Source of the DNA: Eremomyces bilateralis CBS 781.70
Taxonomy: Eukaryota
Length of the DNA stretch: 41,710 nt
Direction: 5' to 3' (one strand)
Assembly: GCA_010015585.1 (NCBI GenBank)
Contig: ML975153.1
The notes under the pieces were generated by a model that ran no database searches, was not told where the DNA came from, and worked only from the letters and a program-made list of their open reading frames with translations. A program made the translations under genes and the position numbers. Shown here in pieces: positions 38,335 through 41,710 of this stretch (position 1 is its first letter; each line of letters opens with the position of its first letter).

Positions 38335-38410
38335 GAGTAGTTATAGTTACTAACTACTCAAACTAAGTTAGTTAGTTAACTAACTAACTTAGGGAACTGT
38401 TAACTAGTTA
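38335..38410. repeat. Cluster of three AT-rich inverted repeats built from GTTA/TAAC units
   Basis: 9-bp stem GAGTAGTTA/TAACTACTC (38335-38359); perfect 30-bp palindrome CTAAGTTAGTTAGTTAACTAACTAACTTAG (38363-38392); 10-bp palindrome TAACTAGTTA (38401-38410). Confidence 0.9.
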
Positions 38411-39723
38411 CCTCAATAACCTCGCTTCTTTGACAGTGTTGAATGGGCAGAATGGCTTTGAGTGTGAGCTATGAACTTTGAGATCAATAAGGATCTCCCC
38501 AAGCAAGAACGGAAGTGTATGTGCATACTGCATAGAGCTGTCTAGGATCATCTCGAGCTTCGACGTGAGACTGAGAAAGATCATGTTGCAAATGTTCCTT
38601 CTTGGACGCTCGCTCGGAAGTCGCATTATGGCTGGTAACATTTTAGAGATGTTCTCTTCGGTTGGTTCTACCTCGGCCGGCTCGCTGGCTGGTTGATGTG
38701 GCTTCGTCGATCTTAACCTGGTCTATCCGAGCTCTCCTGACCAAAAAAGGTAAAAGATCATGTACGCAACGGTCCGATGATTCATGAATCAGGTGCCCAA
38801 GAAGCATTTCCTATTGCCTCGCTACACCTGTTTTGGACGTGGCGCAAATGGTCTATTGAAGTGTTAAGGTTTGGAAATTGAGAGGCGCGAACAGTTGAGG
38901 CACTTCCCTGGATTCGTGTTTATCAGCCTTGGATTCTGCTCGACCTTCATTATACGGGCTATTGAGACAGTCCCCGTCATCTTTTCGGATGTATTGAGGC
39001 GAGCGGCAGACCTCATGGTTGACATTTGTGCGGACAGAAGCCATGGCGGACTTTCAACTGGCCGTTCATTAATGCGACACCTCTCCTTGGCTTCATCAGT
39101 CAACGAGCTGGCATAATATAGCCCACATCAGAACGGGCTTCCCAGAGAAAATGACCACTACTCCATATCAACTGGGATCACACCAATAGACCCAATCGCG
39201 AACCGTGATAATCACCTGCAGCACCGTGAATGGTTTCCAGGAATATTGGTTGGCGATGTCAACGATGCCGTTCCACAGCGAGACTATCACTTTCTAGAAT
39301 GGTTGGAAGTTTCCTGAGTGATGTGGTTTCCTCTCGTCAATCATCCACCTTTAGGTTGAGGCACGAGAGCATGAAATATGAAATTGGTTCTATACGGGGA
39401 AGGCAAGAAACACGTAGCAAGGCCGCATGATTCCGCTGTAATATAGAGAAAGATACTCATACGCCCGTCAGGCCTCTCTGCGAGGCCCATGTGGGGATCC
39501 GCTGTAATATAGTTATATGGAAGGAGTCGAAGGCGGGAAGATGGCGAGGCTACCTACTTTCTTATGGCCCGCCCATTATGTATCGAGGGCCTCACTTTTA
39601 CTCGTTGGCGACATGAGAGGAGACTCGAAGAGCTGCCACAGAATATCTGTGTAACTTGACCATCACTTTACTGGTTATCCATATTATGGTTTTCTTCCTG
39701 TCGCTTTTGTAGAAGTATTGATA

Positions 39724-41569
39724 ACGTATTCCGCAAGCGAGCGGCGCAACAAGCGGGCGGCGCACCCCAACCACAAAACGCGTCTCTCTATCTTTCATCA
39801 ACAATGGAACAATCAATTCAACCCCAATCAATTCAAAATGAAGGTTGGGTACAATTAGCAAAATTTGCTATCGATCAAGGCCAAATTCAGAGTAATCGAG
39901 ATGCTTCAAGAACCTATGGTGCAGCTGAAACTACCCTTCGTCGGCGACGCGCCGGAATCCCTTCACGACGCGACTGTACGCCCAATTCAAGAAAACTTAC
40001 GGATCTAGAGGAGAAGGCTATTATTCGACATATCTTGGACCTGAAATCGCGAGGATTTGGGCCCCGGTTGGGTGGTGTTGAAGATATGGCTAATAAGCTA
40101 CTTGCTGCTCGGGATAGCGGAAGCGTCGGCGTCAACTAGGCCTCAAACTTCGTTAAGCGGACCCCTAAGCTCAAAATGCGCTTCAATCGACGGTTAGACT
40201 ATCAGAGGGCCCAGAATGAGGACCCAGAGATCATGAAGGGCTGGTTTGAGCTCGTACGCAATACCATCGCCAAGTACGGCATCCATGAGGACGATATCTA
40301 TAACATGGACGAAATAGGCTTCCTGATGGGCCTTATCGCAACAGCCAAGGTTATCACAGCCTCTGAGAGACGACATCGACCTAAAGCGATACAGCCAGGC
40401 AATCGCGAATGGGTCACGGTTATTCAGGGAGTCAAGGCTCAAGGCTGGTCTATCCCACCTTTCGTGGTCTTCAGTGGACAATACCACCTCTCAGCGTGGT
40501 ACAGCGACGATATACCAAAGGATTGGGTTTTGACCCTAAGCGACAATGGATGGACTACGAATGAGCTTGGATTTGAATGGCTACAGCATTTTGAGAAGCA
40601 TACAGCGCCTCGTACAACCGGAGGCTGGCGTCTCCTGATCATTGATGGGCATGAGAGCCATAACTCGCTTCAATTCCAGGAATTCTGCAAAGAGAAGAAC
40701 ATTATTACGCTTTGTATGCCTCCGCACGCGTCCCATATCCTCCAGCCGCTTGATGTGGGTTGTTTTGGGCCTTTGAAGAAGGCGTACGGATATCAGATTG
40801 AGGACGTGATACGGAACTCTATCAACCACATCACCAAACTCGAGTTCCTACCAGCATTCAAAGCCGCACACGAAGCCGCTCTTACGAAGAAGAATATCTG
40901 TGGGGCATTCCGAGGCTCAGGGCTAGTTCCGTACGACCCTGAAGCCGTGATTTCGAAGCTCGACGTCAGACCAAGGACTCCGACTCCAGCCGCTGAGGAT
41001 GCTCAATGGGAGACGAAAACACCAAGCAACGCCATTGAATTAGCGGCTCAATCGACGTTAATTCAAAGCCGTATTGCGAACCATCATGATAGCTCGCCTA
41101 CACCAATCAATGAAGCGCTTAATCAATTCGTCAAGGGCGCCCAGGCGATGGTCCATTCGCTCACGATTTTGGAGGCTGAAACCGAGAGCCTTCGAAAGGC
41201 AAACAAGCTCGCAACACAGCGAAGACAACGTAAAAAAAAGCGAATTCAGGAGAGAGGATCCTTAACGATTGAGGAGGGACAGGATTTAATTAATCATTCC
41301 GCCGTTGAGTCCCAAATTTCTCAAGAAATACGTCAAAGTCGTACCCTGCAGGATGGGGCAGCGCCGCGTCGAAGGTGATGTGGACGCTGCCGTGAGGTAG
41401 GACATCGTATTGAAACATGTCCTCTAGGTCGGCAAGATACTGTAGAATAGACTAGATATTAAAAATAATTGGTTTTATTTGGCGTTGTAGAGATATCTAC
41501 TTGTGAAGTGGTTTGCTATGGCTCGGGTGCGCCGCTCGCTTGTATGCGCCGCTCGCTTGTGGAATACGT
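39724..41569 (+). mobile_element. pogo/Fot1-type DNA transposon, 1846 bp, about 44-bp TIRs, TA target duplication
   Basis: TIRs ACGTATTCC(G/A)CAAGCGAGCGGCGCA... at 39724-39767 and 41525-41569 (two substitutions, one indel), each with two CAAGCG(A/G)GCGGCGCA repeats. TA at 39722-39723 and 41570-41571. Confidence 0.96.
39804..41450 (+). pseudogene. Fot1-like transposase interrupted by two in-frame stops
   Basis: One frame of 549 codons: HTH, YNMDEIGF, LLIIDGHESH, LQPLDVGCF, C-terminal CGRCREVGHRIETC zinc knuckle. Stops at 40137-40139 (TAG at the conserved Trp of GVNW) and 41376-41378 (TGA). Confidence 0.93.
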
Positions 41570-41710
41570 TACGTGATTGATTGATCTATCTAGGAGTATG
41601 GGAGGCCTCGGAGGAATAGGAGGTAACCACACATGATACTAGCCGTATTGGGATGTCACCTGACTCCCAACCTCTAGAGGATTACCTCAGCAAGCTCAGG
41701 CCATTGTGGT

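Noticed and set aside
39724..39767. Short direct repeats resembling a CRISPR or tandem array
   Set aside because: They are the internal repeats of the transposon TIR; there are no spacers or cas genes and the context is eukaryotic.
40137..40139. Programmed stop-codon readthrough or a variant genetic code in the transposases
   Set aside because: Each stop is one transition from the expected Trp, Arg or Gln codon, and host genes use TAG, TGA and TAA as normal stops.
27804..41569. Composite transposon or Starship formed by the two elements
   Set aside because: The TIRs are unrelated, each element has its own TA duplication, and no tyrosine recombinase is present.

Overview
Eukaryotic DNA from a filamentous ascomycete: GT-AG introns with CTRAC/CTAAC branch points and fungal gene families. 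Positions 1-27000 are gene-dense and look like core genome: PIG-S/GPI17 (truncated by the window start), a GH2 glycosidase, a CSC1/OSCA channel, dipeptidyl peptidase III, an intronless DUF2828/vWA protein, a JmjC oxygenase, an MpaB-like oxygenase, a mitochondrial branched-chain aminotransferase, SCY1, an orphan membrane ORF and a Cys-rich GPI-type protein. A 136-bp TA-flanked MITE sits upstream of the channel gene. Positions 27000-41710 are gene-poor and accessory-like. They hold two full-length but mutated pogo/Fot1 DNA transposons (one with unusually long 114-bp TIRs), a frameshifted dienelactone hydrolase, an amino-acid permease, a cutinase and a cluster of AT-rich palindromes. No rRNA, tRNA or CRISPR was found. 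I cannot demonstrate a wholly new system. The best leads are the DUF2828-JmjC pair with CpcA/Gcn4-like sites, the long-TIR transposon, the MITE and the palindrome cluster. Exon boundaries were read by eye and family calls come from motif recognition, not database searches.
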